A DNA stretch of 64,000 nucleotides, from NCBI RefSeq assembly GCF_037042905.1, contig NC_087251.1:36458001-36522000 (forward strand). The letters run 5' to 3'. The position numbers were made by a program, and so were the translations under genes. This DNA is from Lytechinus pictus. Its lineage: Eukaryota. How positions within the stretch are numbered: position 1 is the stretch's first letter; each line of letters opens with the position of its first letter. The notes beneath the pieces were generated by a model. It worked only from the letters and a program-made list of their open reading frames with translations, ran no database searches and was not told the DNA's origin. Below, one piece after another: positions 13,535-28,234 of this stretch.

Positions 13535-14215
13535 AGCACTGTGCCACACAGTGGGTTCACAGTGTGTTCACATAATGGATTATGTGAAAATGTGATCCAC
13601 ACTTTTAAAATAGCCAAATTTACAGTGTGGAGTTAATTTGATACTGTTTTGACCTCTGATGTATGAATTTTCACCATGTGTCTTAAAAGCATGTTCACAT
13701 AGTGGACTATGTGAACATACATGTATGATCCACACTGTTAAAATGCTCAAATGTTACTGTGAAAATAGCATCACACTGGACACCTCTACAGTTTGAGTGT
13801 TCCCACAGTGTTCACATATTGGACTCCATGAATATGCCATTCCTGCTGTTAAAATGCTCAAATTTAACACAGTGTGGACACTCTACTGTGTGAGTGTTCA
13901 CAGTGAGTTCACATATTGGACATAGGGGACTATGGGAAAATTCTATTCACTACATTAGAGTGCTCATGTTAACAGTGTGATAATGATTTACACTGTTAAT
14001 ATTGTTCAAATTTAACATTGTAAAGATAATTTCACACCCTGGACACCTCCACAGTGTGAGTGTACATAGTGTGTTCACATTGTAGATCATGTGCAGATGT
14101 GATTTACACTTAAAATGCTCAAATGTAATAGTGTGATTTTACACCATGTTCCACACTCTAAACACACTGTGGGACCCTCAAACAGAAACTGTGGGACATT
14201 GTTCTTTCCAGTGTG
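13535..14215. repeat. CAGTGTG-rich repeat element
   Basis: Repeated tgttcacatagtggact...aaatgctcaaat units. Confidence 0.7.
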
Positions 14216-16895
14216 GTTATATCATGTACCAGTATTTTAGACTGGGGTGAAACTGAAATATTTTACTGCAGTCACACCGACAAAACTGACTCCCAACCGA
14301 ACAATGATATACCATTTAAAATAGCTCAATAGCTTTAATCTATCTAGTCTGTTTTGTTGGTAATGTTTTAGCATGAAGTTTTGCAGTAGGGTGAATGAGT
14401 AGAATTGGAAGTTTTTTCTTCTATTTCATTAAGGAAAAAAAGGGTTGAGGTGGGGGTGGCGAGTTTGTATCAGACTTGACCTGCACTTCCGATGGCTTTG
14501 TCTTCTGGCTGATAGCGACAAGATGAGGATAGGTCCCGGTGATATTATCAAGCAGCTGTACATGCCAGACGCTTAGACTAGTGCCAAGGGACTTCATACT
14601 ATATCATCCTAGCTGGTAGGCTTCTTCATGAAACTTTTGAAAGGACAGTGCTCTTGACCAGGAATACTTTCAAGAGCCTTTTCTATTCAATTTTTATGTG
14701 ACAGATATCCCTTTGTAACAGAATCGGATTGGTCCACTGCTTTTGCAGCCAAGTGACAGATCTATAAAAAAATATATATATACTATATTTTCTCTTTTTA
14801 CATGTACACTAAACAAATTGCAGTGTTCCAATGTGTATCATCCAAACAAGAAAAAAGGTCACTATGATTAAAAAAAAAAAACATGGAGCTAGCTCCATAA
14901 AAATACTAAGCATTTTGTTCATTTGGCTATTTCATTTTTCATCTAGCTTTTTAAAATCATAATCATATAATAAGTAGGCAGACAGTCATCAATCTGATTT
15001 TGACAGTGTTTGAGTTTTGAGATGTGTTTTGAAAGTTGCTTTGTTATTGAAAAATTATTGCATGTAACAACAAAGTTTGCAGGCAGATCTTAAATGAAAA
15101 TAGTCTAAAATAAAATGTACTGGTATGTCTTACACATTGACCTATTTCACCATTTCATGAAACTAAAAATATTTCATGTTGATTTTGGAAAGGAGAATGA
15201 ATCCTACCAAAGCATTTAGTTGTTGGGGAAAACAAATACTCATTCAACAGAAGGGTCTGTAATTTGAGACTATGAAAATTTCCACTCTGTCCATAGCACC
15301 TGTCAGTCAATCTGTGCTATTTACTACCACTGGAATGTGGCAAAGCAGTGAGCGCAATCATGGTAATACCAACTTCTAACCAATCATGTGAAGTGACAGA
15401 AAGAAAGAAATATGTGTATAGTCTTCTTCATCAGACCCTTTTTTTACTTACTTTCCACTTTGATAAAAATATATAATTTCAAAAAGATTTGATGCTATCA
15501 ATCAACAATGCTTGGCCCATTTATCATTTTTCACTCCAAAATTTTGACATAAAATACCCAAATTTAATTTATTTGAATCATAGTTGTGTCTGTCTACCAA
15601 ATTTGTAAAATTTTGCTTGCTAAAATTATCAAATGTTCATGCTTATTACTATGTAAGCTATTAGCTTTATGCGAGTCAAAATATAGTCAAACAAATGAAT
15701 ACCTGAGAATATAGGAAAGAAAATACAGCACAATGATTTTTTTTTCAAAATGACTTTATAGTATGCAGTTATGATGTTCATTTTTGCTAGTAATTACATG
15801 ATTGAGAATTATGAGTAAAGGAGAAAAAAAATGATACCACTGTAAACAAAAGAATTTTTCTTTAAAACCTATCACACTGCACGTGTTTAGATCCCATTTC
15901 ACACAGAAGCCATGAAAGTATCACATTTAGGATAAAAGGATGATTGATTATGACAAGAATCCATGAATTTGACAGATATGACACTCTAGAGTAAGCAAGT
16001 CTGGCCTTAAAATAGAAAGGTCACTCTTATAAAAAGATAGTAACAGTCCACATTCATACAGTTATTTTGTAATAGTGAGGTAGAAAACATTACACGTGTA
16101 CGTCATGTTTAGTTTTTGTGAAAATCTGATTATGTTGGATATTCCATCTGGTTCTTTGTGACAAGAGGTTGGCGTCTCTAATGTGTGCCTACATGAATTC
16201 AAGTGATGATAAGATTTATCCATCTAACAATGACTTCCAATTTAAAAAAAATAAATGATCTTTATATTCACCAAATATTTTTATTGGATTCAGGTAGGAG
16301 GAATTTTTTTTCCATTGCGAAAATGAAGTTGAAAACTATACATGGAAGAATAGACAGTCAAATTGATAAACAGCTGGCAATTTTAGAATAGTAATGCAAT
16401 GTAGTAATGTAAACTTCAGAACGGTTACATTTAAAGAGAGATCAATGTTTCAACAGGACATTGGTTAACATCTATCCGACTTCATACACGTAAAAGCAGA
16501 ACCCACTATAATTTTATATTCTTCTAAAAACTTACAAATATGTTTTTCGTCCGTCGCAAGCATTTCAGTCCGTTGCCCAAACTTTCATTATCATTGTTTG
16601 GCAAATGTTTGTAAGATGGAATTTCATCTGAGTATGTGGGTGAAAATGCTGCTGTTGATGTTCTGAAAGATGAGAGGGGGTGGAATATATTTGATCTTCT
16701 TGATGACATAAGAGGGCCTGAGATGGAGAAGTTTGTAGGACAGCAATCCATAGACAGGAACATGAAATGAGTGAACAAAGTTGTGATGTTATAGAATATG
16801 ACATTGGTCTAACAAAATACAGTTTATATTCACTTTGTCTATAAGCAGTTGGTCTGATTTTCAGATAGTGTTATACCACATGGCCTAAACCCATT

Positions 16896-17330
16896 GGCCC
16901 GAATTCACAAAGGTGGTTTTGAAAACCCACGGTTGAATCCATGGTTTATGCAGATTTCCTGTATAAATTACGCTTAATTTATCACGTATTGGGCGCGTGT
17001 ATAAAAAATGTCCAATGCTGATGCGCGCTTTTGTCACAGTGCGCCAAATTGACGCCTGTTACCGTGGTTATCCACGCTATTTTATTCATGAGTCCACTGT
17101 TTTTATTCATGAGTCCACTCGTCGAACAGTGGACTCCTGAATAAAATAGCGTATCTAACCATGGTAACAGGCGTCAGTTTGGCGCACTGTGCCAAAAGCT
17201 CGCATCAGCATTGGACATTTTTTATACACACGCCCGATACGCGCTAAATTAAGTGTAATTTATACAGGAAATCTGCATAAACCATGGATTCAACCGTGGG
17301 TTTTCAAAACCACCTTTGTGAATTTGGGCC
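16896..17330. mobile_element. Fold-back MITE (near-perfect ~435-bp palindrome)
   Basis: ggcccgaattcacaaaggtggttttgaaaacccacgg... is mirrored over ~200 bp; second copy at 48777-49322. Confidence 0.92.
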
Positions 17331-18238
17331 ATTTTGTCTAATAGTCTCATAAACAGGTGGTCTAATTTCCACTTCATCTAATTCTTAATTTTTACTTTGT
17401 CAAAAAATGGTTCATAAACTGTTTTCATCTAGTTATAAAGACTAAGTTGTGTTAGACCAAGTAGATATTAGACAAAGTGGGTATGTCCTAACTAAGAATG
17501 AGATAAAATGGTAAATGGGCTTAAATGTTAAAGACAGTAGTTTGCAGCAAACAATTATTTTATGAGAAAGTCTTTTAAATCAAGGTTAATTGTCCAAATA
17601 TTTTCATACATCTAGATCTGGTGCATTCATGTAAACTTGTCTTTTTAAAAATCATGAAATTTTAGCTCAACATCGATAATTCTGATGATCATTAACATAG
17701 GAAAGCATATGTGGAAATGTGTACTAATATCGCTTCGAAAAATATACCGACATTTGATGGAATCCCTTGCTTATTTTGCTCATTTCTCAGCAATTACGCA
17801 TTTTCTTCCAGAGCTAGATTTGGCACATAATTTTCATTTATACATACAAACACTTTGGTGGTTATTTCATTGGATTCTGTTCAAACTCATTTTGAGATCG
17901 TTACCACAAATGGTATTTATCTTTAATCGCAATTAGACCAAATGGTAAGTAGATGAACTGGTTGTAAATGAACTTGGATGAGATCAAACAGAAAGTATAG
18001 ATAAAATGGCCATAGACCAAGTAGCAATCTAACCAACAGACTACGCCCACTTAGTGATTTCTACCATTTAATGTATTTGATTCCAAATAAGTCTTGTACG
18101 AAACTTGTATTTGTGTTTGACGATGTAAGCTCTGAAAAAGTCCAAACTGTTTTAAATTGTTTATTTTTCACTTTCACACTGATCCATGCTTTTTATATTT
18201 TTACTTTTGTTTTCATATACTTTCAATCTTATTTTCAG

Positions 18239-18371
18239 TTGCTGACCCAGGGTAGGAACCATGGAATTGAATACTCTTACTACGTTCCAAATGGAGTAGG
18301 TCCAGATGAACCAGATTCCTATTCCTGGACCTATACCCCTTATTCTGACTGCTCCAGAGAATGCGGAGGGG
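18239..18371 (+). CDS. PAPLN: Papilin exon, spacer end and start of TSP1 (LLTQGRNHGIEYSY...WTYTPYSDCSRECGG)
   Basis: ttttcag/gtaagt; phase 0 matches the previous exon across a ~18 kb intron. Confidence 0.93.
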
Positions 18372-20161
18372 GTAAGTTCTTATTCCTTCTCTCCAGTGTT
18401 GTAGCTAGATCATTTTATATGCTGGGCAAAATGTAAACAGCAAAGCATAACAAGCAAAGTGTACCGAGTGAAGCGCTCACCCCTTATTGCCAGGGGGGTC
18501 CAAGGTTTTAGGACTTCTAGAGATACTACAATCGTCAAATTGAGGGGTAAGTTTTGTAATTTTTCAAATGGCCCCATTGAGCTATTTTTCCCCAACTTTT
18601 TCAAGCAATTTAGAGGGAATTTGTGCCGGATAGCGACATTTTTTTTTACTACCAGTGCTGGGTGCAAATTAATAGCATGGGCTGGCCTGCCTGGCGTAGC
18701 CAAGCATAGCTTCAAAACTGCTTCTCTTTATTACATACTTTATTGACTCTACCCACATATACATGTAGTGAACCTGAATTATGAAAAAATTTGCATTATA
18801 TGATGAAATATACTTGTTTGAATGCCACATAAAGAAGCATAAAGTATAAACATGTAAAGAAAAAAGTATGTTTAATCAATTAATCAAATGAAAATGAATC
18901 TGGGCGGTATCAACCCATGATAGGGATATGAACAATCTTGCAAAATGCCAAATAGCTTTAAATTTAGGTTCATTGCCATTACAGAGCTGAAAATAGCTAG
19001 AGTCAAATATAACACATATGTATTATTAAATCTATTACAAAGTTGTGAAATGTTAAATGTCATGCATAACCAACAGAATTGAAGAAAAGAGGAATTGAGC
19101 TTTAATAATAGTGATCTTGTCCGAGTTGAGTAAAAATAAAGAAGCGAAAAGAGCAATTCTTGTATGAGAGGCAAGCCACTGGGACTTTCAATTAAAAAGT
19201 TTAATGATTTAAGAATCCCATTAAGAACAATACAAAGTAGAAAGCTAAATGACTCTTTAGAAAAGTTTTAATTGAAATAATAGCAGTTAAAATAACTAAC
19301 TTGAATTACAAAACACAATTCTGAATAATGAAATGGTAATAAGATCAGAAACCAGCTAGGAAAATTTTTCACTCAGGAGACTCAACTCCGAATATCTTTG
19401 CATCTTCTTGGCATTGAACTGCTGGTTTTATGAAGCCGATGACAGAGCTTTATTTTCGTTTAATGAGGAGTTGGTCATTTTATTCTCCCACCTGTGTTTT
19501 CTTTAGTAAACCGAGACCAGTCCTACCACTATGGTGGCACCCTACATCCAGGTGCGATGAAAAATTGACATGATGAGTCCAGAGAGGGTAGTTAGGTGGG
19601 CATTTTCTCCCATGACAGTTGCTCCTCCCTTGATTTCTGTGAACATGTAAGATGGGGGATGGGGTTGTCATAGGGTTTTTGGTTCAAAATAATGTAAGGA
19701 TTAGGATTTAGGTTTGAAGTTAGGATTAATGTCTAATGTGTAGCTATTTAGGAGAAACAAATGTCATGGACCCCCTAGATAGGGATGGATGCATGCTTCC
19801 TGGGTCTATATATTTTGGCAGAAGATATTGGGGGAAAGGGAGATTGATTGATTTTTACAGAGGTGTGCCATTGAAACTGTCAAAACTTTTCTCTATTTGG
19901 GGGGGGGGGGCATATAGGGGGGGGGGGAGCCATTTTCAGTTGCTTCAGTGATGACATTGGTGAAATATCTATCCTGGATGGAAAAATTACAAATGACAAA
20001 AATTTTATCTTATTTTTAGGGTAATGTCAAACCGAACCCATCCTCTTACCTTTATGCTTAAACAATACCGCAAGCAATATTTCTTCAATATTTTTTCAAA
20101 AAAAGTCACTGATAAGTAGCTCAACCCATATTTACTGATACTGTGTGAGATGACACCAACT

Positions 20162-20415
20162 GGTGTGTTGGCTCAGTTGGTAGAGCGTCTGTCTCACAAC
20201 CGGGAGGTCGGGGGTTCAAACCCCGGCCGCTTCAGACCAAAAGACGTTAAAAGATGGGAGTTGCTGCTACCCTGTTTGGCATTCAACAATTAAAGGGATA
20301 GAGCCTCGTTGATCTGGTGCTGCACAGCGGCTGCCGGGCCCATGATCAATTGGGCAAAACAAATTTTTGGATTATATCATTTCTGGTCTCTATTTCGAAC
20401 AATAAAAAATATGGA
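20162..20415 (+). mobile_element. tRNA-derived SINE
   Basis: A box TGGCTCAGTTGG, B box GGTTCAAACC, tRNA-Val(CAC)-like arms with a non-pairing acceptor stem, ~180 nt body and A-rich end. Confidence 0.85.
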
Positions 20416-21324
20416 TCTTTTTTTAAAGATGGATGAATAACAATCTCTGCCCCTTTGAATATATGAAATATGAATGAAGCTGTCTCAGATCATGACTAAA
20501 AGTCCAAAATTCTTCAATGATTCTTTTGTATTAAAAAAAATTCTGATTGATACCAGTAAATGAAATGAAGAAGCAAAAGCTGTTACCTTTTACTTCAAAG
20601 AAGCAAATGATTGAAATCTATTAAAAGCTCAACGTTGTTCTTTACTTTGGATTTATCTGCCCCTCTAATACCAATGACATCGACTCCAAACTGACCAATG
20701 GCATGTCACATGTAATAACATAATAGTTCTTGTCAGCCTGGAGTCAAATTTCCAGTGTGACTGTAGTATATAAGATTAGTAATAAAATATATTTTGTGTA
20801 CAAGTTTTCTCTGTATGAGGTTAAAAATACAGCTATGAAATAAAAATGGAAAATTTCTTCCCACAACCACCATCCTTGGTTGTAGACGTGTTTACAAGGA
20901 TTCACCCTTCTTTTTTTAAGCAGACTCCTTGTGAGTAGCTTAAGACCTCAGGTGTGTTACACTTATCCCATAGGCATATCCACCTTAATGGGCATTTGAT
21001 CTCCCGTAAACTTGAAGAGATTTATAGAGGTTATAGGTCAAATACTACCCAGGTTCCCCAGTGGCCCAATGGTAGACTCTCATGTCTGATGAAAGGCAAG
21101 TTGCCGAGGACAATGTTCTGAGCAGTTTAAAAAAGCACTTTCCTGTTTCTTTCTGATTTTTTTTTATTGACAAGTATGATTTTCTTTCAGTGATGAAGGC
21201 AGACAAAGTAACAAAAAATATGTGTTTGCCTCCATTTTGATTCTTCTCAGCTATTTGAACCATCTATCTACACTTTTTGTGAAATAGCACCCCAAAAATG
21301 GAATATATTTCACTACTATTCTTC

Positions 21325-21430
21325 TTTATTTATTTATTTATTTATTTATCTATTTATTATTTATTTATTTATCTGTCTATCTATTTACTTATTTATTTAT
21401 TTATTTATTCATTCATTCATTTATTTATCT
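21325..21430. repeat. (TTTA)n microsatellite
   Basis: Directly visible. Confidence 0.9.
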
Positions 21431-21791
21431 TACAAATTACACAAAACTCCTTATTTGATTTTTCTGAAAATTGGATACACAATCATTAAGCTTTGTTCCA
21501 AATATTTTTTTTTAAATTTTCTGTTAAACATTTGGTAAGGCCATAGAGCAGGAAATAATTTTTCAAGTTCATATTTATTGAAGAGTCTAGAGGCCCATTT
21601 CTAAAAACTTGTTATGGTAATAAATTTGCAATTAACTTTTCAAAGCTACCAAAATCCTTAAATTTGATTGGCTGATACTAAAATTGTTATAGGAATGGTG
21701 CATAAATTATTTGAACAAGTCTTTATGGAACAGGGCCTCAATTGGATTCTCATATGATGATTTGAAACTGTTCGCCTATATTTTTGATCAG

Positions 21792-21918
21792 GTTTCCAGA
21801 CAAGGACAGTAACCTGTACACGTTCTGGTGACTTTGAAGCAGTACCGACCTACCTGTGTGACCCCGCCCTGAAACCAAGCAACAACAGGACGTGCAATGC
21901 AGAGGCCTGCCCTCCAGT
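21792..21918 (+). CDS. PAPLN: Papilin exon, TSP1 (GFQTRTVTCTRSG...CNAEACPP)
   Basis: cag/gtaagt; phase 1 to 2; RxVxC...C...C pattern. Confidence 0.92.
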
Positions 21919-24690
21919 GTAAGTTATTTCCCACTCTTAAAAATCAATCTCCAATGACTTTATTAAGAAATGGAAATATAGTGAAACCTGTCTGTAGTGA
22001 CTAACCAAGTGAAATACCAAATGTGGCCCTTATGGGCAGGTGGCTGCTATTAACAGGTTCTTATTCACACAAAATTATCGTGTTAAACAAAGTTTAAATG
22101 TAGAATTCTTGGCGCAAGGATTTGATTCAGAGACAGATCATATAATTTAGGATAACTCTGTTTGTCTCTAACAGTTGGAATTAATATTGTTCTATCATTG
22201 TCAAAACCACATTTTCTCCTTACTTTTTCATTATTCATTTGTTGATTTCTTATTTGGTTTTGTTATTCTATAAATTACCTGACCCATAGCTTTTACAATA
22301 ACCCATGACCTAGATTCCTTTATCCTTTTAAGATCCAAAATTCTTAGATCATATCCCCTAAATGTTTATCAGCTTGCTTTCAAAGTATCACCTCAATGTC
22401 ATCTTCTTGTCAGCATTCTAGTTTTATATTCGTTTATTTTGTTGTCGTCTTTATCTCCAACTCATTTTTCTATATTTATGGTCATGTATATTTTTCACTG
22501 GATCATCCAAGTTTGTAATGTGCCATATGATGGGGGCCAGTGCATCGAAATAAAGATGTCGTAGCCCCTTTATAGGTTCGAACTTTGTAATACCAGCATC
22601 CTACACCCCCCGAAGTATACAAACTCCTCAAATCTTTTGAATCGCCTTGATAAAATGTTTATCCAGGAGTTACGTGTGACATTCCAGCCCGTCCCATCCT
22701 AAGGCTTGAAAACTGAAAATGTCAAAATATATCCTATTTTTGTCACCTTGTCTACAAACAACGGTGTTTATGTGGCTTATCTCGTTCATCAGTATCTAAA
22801 CTTGGCATTCCATAGACGGGGATGATCTTGGTTAAACTGGACAGACATCCCTGGAAGCGTGGATTATGGAGCCAGTATCAAAATTGAAGTTGACATGAAA
22901 TGATGTATATTTTTCATAATATTTTTTTTTTCATTTTTGGGCATACCATTGCACAGGTATGATGATTGTATTCATGGACAATGGATGAAACATTTCTACA
23001 CCGATAATTTTTTGTTGTGGGATAGCTACCCTTCCATCTCATTGCTTATGAATTGTGTTCAGGAAAAAGACCATGTGAATGCATCAACATTATTTTATCA
23101 TAATATTAAGATCATGTTTTTAATTGAAAACATTGCATTTATGCTATTTAATACTTTATAATAGAATGAGATCAAGAATCCAACCTTTTAAATGATCACA
23201 TTGGAAATTTGTTTGTATGGTACAAAATATGCAAACACACCAATAAAATGAAATACAGGATGGAAAATGTATGTTGCAAATTTATTTTTCTATGAAAAAA
23301 ATCAAAAAAAATCTTTTTAAATGACATCGAGCAATTTTAGTTCATTTCATTTAATATCCCTCATATTTTTCTACAGTAAATTCTTAAGGCTTATTTTTCA
23401 AAATATCATAAAAAATGTTTTTGTTTACTTTCTGTATATATTCAAAATACATAATACACTGAAATTCAGATTGTATAAATGATGTAGAAAACATTGGAAT
23501 TGTTGTGTTTGAATATGTTGAATCAGAGTCTACATTATCCAAACTTGTCCAATATTCCACTGACTATTGCTCTGAGTTGATCAGATGACCACACTCTCAA
23601 CTTGAACTTCAGGTGTGGGAACACATGCTCCAAACTCATTCTAGCTGAATGTCCGAACTATAGATAGACAAGTGACAATTCTATGTCAAGCGGAAAGGCT
23701 CAAATGATTTCCTGACATAAATCTACCGTGTCATGTTGGAGGATTCACAGGTAAACTGACAGCGGTAACAAATGTTCTCAGCTCTTGTATGATGCCCATC
23801 AAACTCACCATGACACATGGAAATGTATCTCCCCAACCATGGCATTGTTTTATAATTGATCAAATAAAAACAATGTGTAGATTTTGATGGAGTTTTACCT
23901 ATCAGGTGCAACATCCATAATGAAAATTAATGAAGGAATTCATAAAACGATTAAGCCTCTAAGTTAGGGATGAATATTGGGGTTTTGAGGTCTATCATTG
24001 TTGTCTAAATTTTTACTTTTAGTTTATTTCCATAACGAGCCTAAAGAATATACTGCAGAATATTATAAGTGATTAAAGAAAATGAACTAAAATTGTCATA
24101 TTTCAATTGAAATATAGCTAACTATCTAAAGAGACATTGCATAATTCAAAAGAAAAAAAAACAGAAAAATTTATTGAATGTTTTTAAAATCATAAGGTGA
24201 TCTAAAATCTAACAAGGATTTTGGGGTCTAATTACTATGTGGTATATGTTTGTTTAATACCCAATATTTAGTGGGTATTGTCTAACTTCCAGTTCATCTA
24301 ATTCTCACTTTATCTAGTTATTATTTTTTAACTTTTGTCAGATTAATTTTATTGGGTATTTTCTAATGCCAATTTAGTCTAATGCCCAGTTGGTGTTATT
24401 TCCACTTTTTGTACAAATAATTTTTTACTTTTTGTCAAATTTGATATTGATTCATAATCATTTCATCTAACCGTATAGATTAAGTGTATTTTGTCTAATA
24501 CCCAAGTGGGTATTAGACAAAATAGGCATAGTCTAACTGGAAATTGGAAGAAATGGTAAATGGGCAAGTAGACCAGTTGGGTAGTAGACACATTGGTTGT
24601 AGACGAAATAGGATTAGACCATGTGGGAGGAGACCAAATGGAAAGTAGAAGAAGCAGGTGTACTTCAATCCTCAATTTACTGAAGTGTAT

Positions 24691-25002
24691 GGCCCATATT
24701 CTGAACTTGGGTTTAAATTAAACCCTGGTTTAAAGTTGCGGTTTAACTATGGAGAGCCAATTGGAGCACAAATCCCTTACAGTACACATTCAATTTAGTA
24801 ACTCATGTGGCACCCGAATCGTTCATAATTGTCTGGGAATGATAACTGAAGTATTTTTCTTCGTTATGAAAGCAAAATGAAACAAAATAGTAAACATAAA
24901 AAATATACGATATAAACAAAATTTTTGAATTTTTGGCTCCCCATAATTCTAGTACAGAGTTAGACCATGGCCTTAGTTAAACCTGACTTCAGAATACTGG
25001 CC
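24691..25002. mobile_element. MITE with ggccc-tattctgaa TIRs
   Basis: ggcccatattctgaa ... ttcagaatactggcc. Confidence 0.75.
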
Positions 25003-25559
25003 TTTGGGTTTATCTCCACTCTCTTTAGCAATGTCAGGGTTAAAAATGGCAATCTTTCCTGACATTCCACATATGCATTCTTCATCAGTTTCTGTCTGGC
25101 TGTGTACTTGACATAATTTATTTGATGAGAATTAGCAATCTGTACCTGTAGAACAACTATTTACACAAAGTAATTGGTCCCACCTTTCAAACCGTGTCTG
25201 GTATCACTATTACAAGTTGAATGAGGAAAGCAGATTGACAAATAGTATCTGATATGTTCTCTAATGATTTCAACAAAGTATGAAACATATCGTAGCTTGC
25301 TTTGCATATACTGTTGACTCTTAGAAAGAAGGTGGCAGATTCAGACACAGTTATCCATGGGATTCTTTTAATTTTATAAATGTTGTACAATTTATATCTT
25401 TTTTGCACCTCTTTATTCTTTTGGTATCAAATATGAAAATTACATTAAAGTCACACATTGAATTCATGTTATTGTGCATGTGTGTTATTGATGTTCTTAA
25501 AAGCAATGGTTGTTTCAAGTTATAACACAACATTTTTGACCGATATTTACCTTTGTGGA

Positions 25560-25950
25560 AGATTTTTATTATTTATCTATGTACTGCGCTTTCCCCAAGA
25601 TGGCCCAAACTGCTTACAAGAAGCATGATAAGAAAACGAAAAATGTAACAAATATAAGAGTGAAACTTTCAATCTTAAAACTCTGGATTGGAAAATAGAA
25701 ATGTTTTAAGTGACTTTTCAAAATGAAGGGACAGATACTCTCCTGTATATTCCAATGTTCTTTCAGGTTAACTCGAACATAGCATGAAATGTGTATCATT
25801 TATGGCTAAGTTTGATGTAGAGAAGTTCCATTGTCATCATGATCAGCAAGAATTATGCATTCTGAAGTCTTGAATGTTAAAGGAAGAGATATATGGTATC
25901 TTATCAGGGGCTAAACGACATTTTCTTTCTTCTACAACAAACGCATCCAA
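25560..25950 (-). mobile_element. Possible decayed L2/CR1 LINE 3' end
   Basis: Minus-strand fragments HWN... and HFEKSLKTFLF resemble the WN...FKxxLKTHLF end of L2/CR1 ORF2. Confidence 0.4.
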
Positions 25951-26975
25951 TTTGTAGCCATTTATATTTTGTCTCGCGGAAGGTGAGGTTTTTTCTGACA
26001 TTGTGCGCATACCTGGGACTAAGTAGTGGGGTTAACTGGGGATGAATAGTAGAGCCTTATTGATTGACAGGAGACATGCACACAAACAAGTCTTATGCCA
26101 TCTTGTCAACAGAAGTGTGAGTTTCAGACATGATATCGATGACCTCCGCCTATTCATGCAACGACGTCCGAGAATGAGAAGAAGTTTATTCATTAATGTT
26201 GTGCCTTGGATTCCTGTGTAAAAGTAGAATTGAAGATGATATTGGCTTAATTGTACAGCACAGTATCGTTACACTATTATTCTGATCGAATAATGAATGG
26301 AGCTAATTGTTACAAATATATTCCTCTATGCGATTATGAATATTCTAAAAGTAAAAGAAAGAAGAATCCCATTGTCACAGAGATTCAGTTTGAAGACAAT
26401 AATACAGTATTATTTTTCATCATTGTTTTTAGCTAATGGTGAATGGAGCTTTTTGTTTACAAGACAATGATGATGAGTATATTTTCATAACAATGTTAGT
26501 AGATGGAACTATTCGTTGATAAGTTGCATTTATTGGCATAATTTTTTAATGAAAAATATCATATGATTTCTAATGAAAGTTTGTTGATACACATGCACTG
26601 TATGTTCTCATATTATCCACCTAGATAATAAAACTTACTGACAGCTATAATTTCATTTCACTATCATGTTATTATTTTTTTTTCAAAATGCCTTCAAACA
26701 CAATATACCCCACCAAGAAAAAAATTATTTTAGAAAGGGGAAGGAAGTTTACGTCACAGCAACAAATCCTTTTTATTTCATTGCTGCAATGTATAAAACA
26801 CATGTAAGATATACTTGGAGAGAATATGCTGATGTTCCAACAGACTTGATGAAAACTCAACATTTGTATGCATATATGTATTTTGTTATAATACCACTTT
26901 ATTATTATCTTTTTTTTAAAGGAATGCACAATTGAATATTTGTTTCCTTCTTTGTGACATTTTTCTTTCTTTTAG

Positions 26976-27186
26976 ATGGTACATCGGAGACTGGAGTCCA
27001 TGTTCTCAATCATGTGACGAGGGTTCCCAGGTCAGGCAGGTCTACTGTAGTCAGCTGTTGGAGAACGGACGCAGGGAAGCAGTGGAGGAGGTGTACTGCC
27101 TAGCCATTCTAGGATACAAGCCTGAGTACCAGCAAGAATGCATTGTCCAGCAATGTCCACATTGGGTGGCTGGAGAGTGGTCAGAG
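26976..27186 (+). CDS. PAPLN: Papilin exon, TSP1 (WYIGDWSPCSQSCDEG...CPHWVAGEWSE)
   Basis: ttttag/gtgagt; WxxxxWSxCSxxC motif. Confidence 0.95.
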
Positions 27187-28234
27187 GTGAGTAGTAGGCA
27201 GCGTAGGAAGTACATGAGGGAGACGGGCGATTTCGCCCTCATAAAAGCCCAAATAGCCCCTAAAATTCACCCAAAATGCATGCTTTGGGGCGACCATTCT
27301 TTCTAGAGTCTCCCCAAGATCTGTTCCAAAAAATATTCAATATTATTTAGAAAAATCAATATTCTAACTGGCAGAAGAATAATATTTGCTTTTACTGCAC
27401 AATTACTTTTTACCCCTAAAAGTAGCCCTTCAAATAAAAGAAATATTCAATTGGAAGAGTAACTGCATTTGTTAGAAATCACACATATAAAAACAAGGAA
27501 TATTGGTCAACAGATTGATATTTGTTAAATGGTCAAGGGCATCCCTTATTTCCATTTCAAAATAAATGAGCCACAAAATTGTCACAAAAGATACAATGTG
27601 TTCAAGTCCAGTAAATGAGGTTGAATGAAATAGTTCAATGGATAGATAAAATCAAACTAGGACAACAGATATAATTGAATGACTTTATAATTATAGCCTT
27701 TTCTTGATGTTTGCATTATTGGAATCGCCACTTGGTCAAGCTAGAGAAGATAAAAGACCATTACATTGAAAAAAAAAATTGATACAGAGGTTTCTATTTC
27801 CAATTTCATTGTTCATCTTGATTTTTTGATAAAAATTACTATTGACACATATCTGTACATGTATTTTGATACATGACTAGATTTTGATACATGAAAAATG
27901 CATTTTCCTTTAATATCTAGAAACATTCTAATGTTGTCCCGTGTATTTTGTTGATTATCATTTAAACTGCTGTATTAATTGAAAAGGTATTGCAGAGGAA
28001 CTTGTGACAGGAAGGAAATTATGCTTGCACCATTTGCATTTCACGGTATTTGGGGTGGGGGACTTGGCCCACTTTTTCCTCAAGTACAGCTATACGTCCG
28101 ATTTTGAAGAAAAGATCTTATTTCTGCATGAATATTTGTTTACTTGAAGTGTTGCCTCGTATAGATTAATATACATATGTCAATGGGTATGATATTGGCA
28201 CAAGTTCATGTATTGTTCACTGTTTATTATTTCA

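Noticed and set aside
16524..16804. Overlapping minus-strand ORFs as a nested gene
   Set aside because: No recognisable domain and no convincing splice sites.
20162..20235. Functional tRNA-Val(CAC) gene
   Set aside because: Acceptor and anticodon stems pair poorly, and the sequence runs on into a SINE body.
21080..21120. ctgatga followed by a ggc/gcc stem as a third hammerhead
   Set aside because: The required GAAA is replaced by GAGG and stems I/III do not form.
22500..22880. Coding-like minus-strand fragments (possible transposase relic)
   Set aside because: Interrupted by stops, with no motif I can assign confidently.
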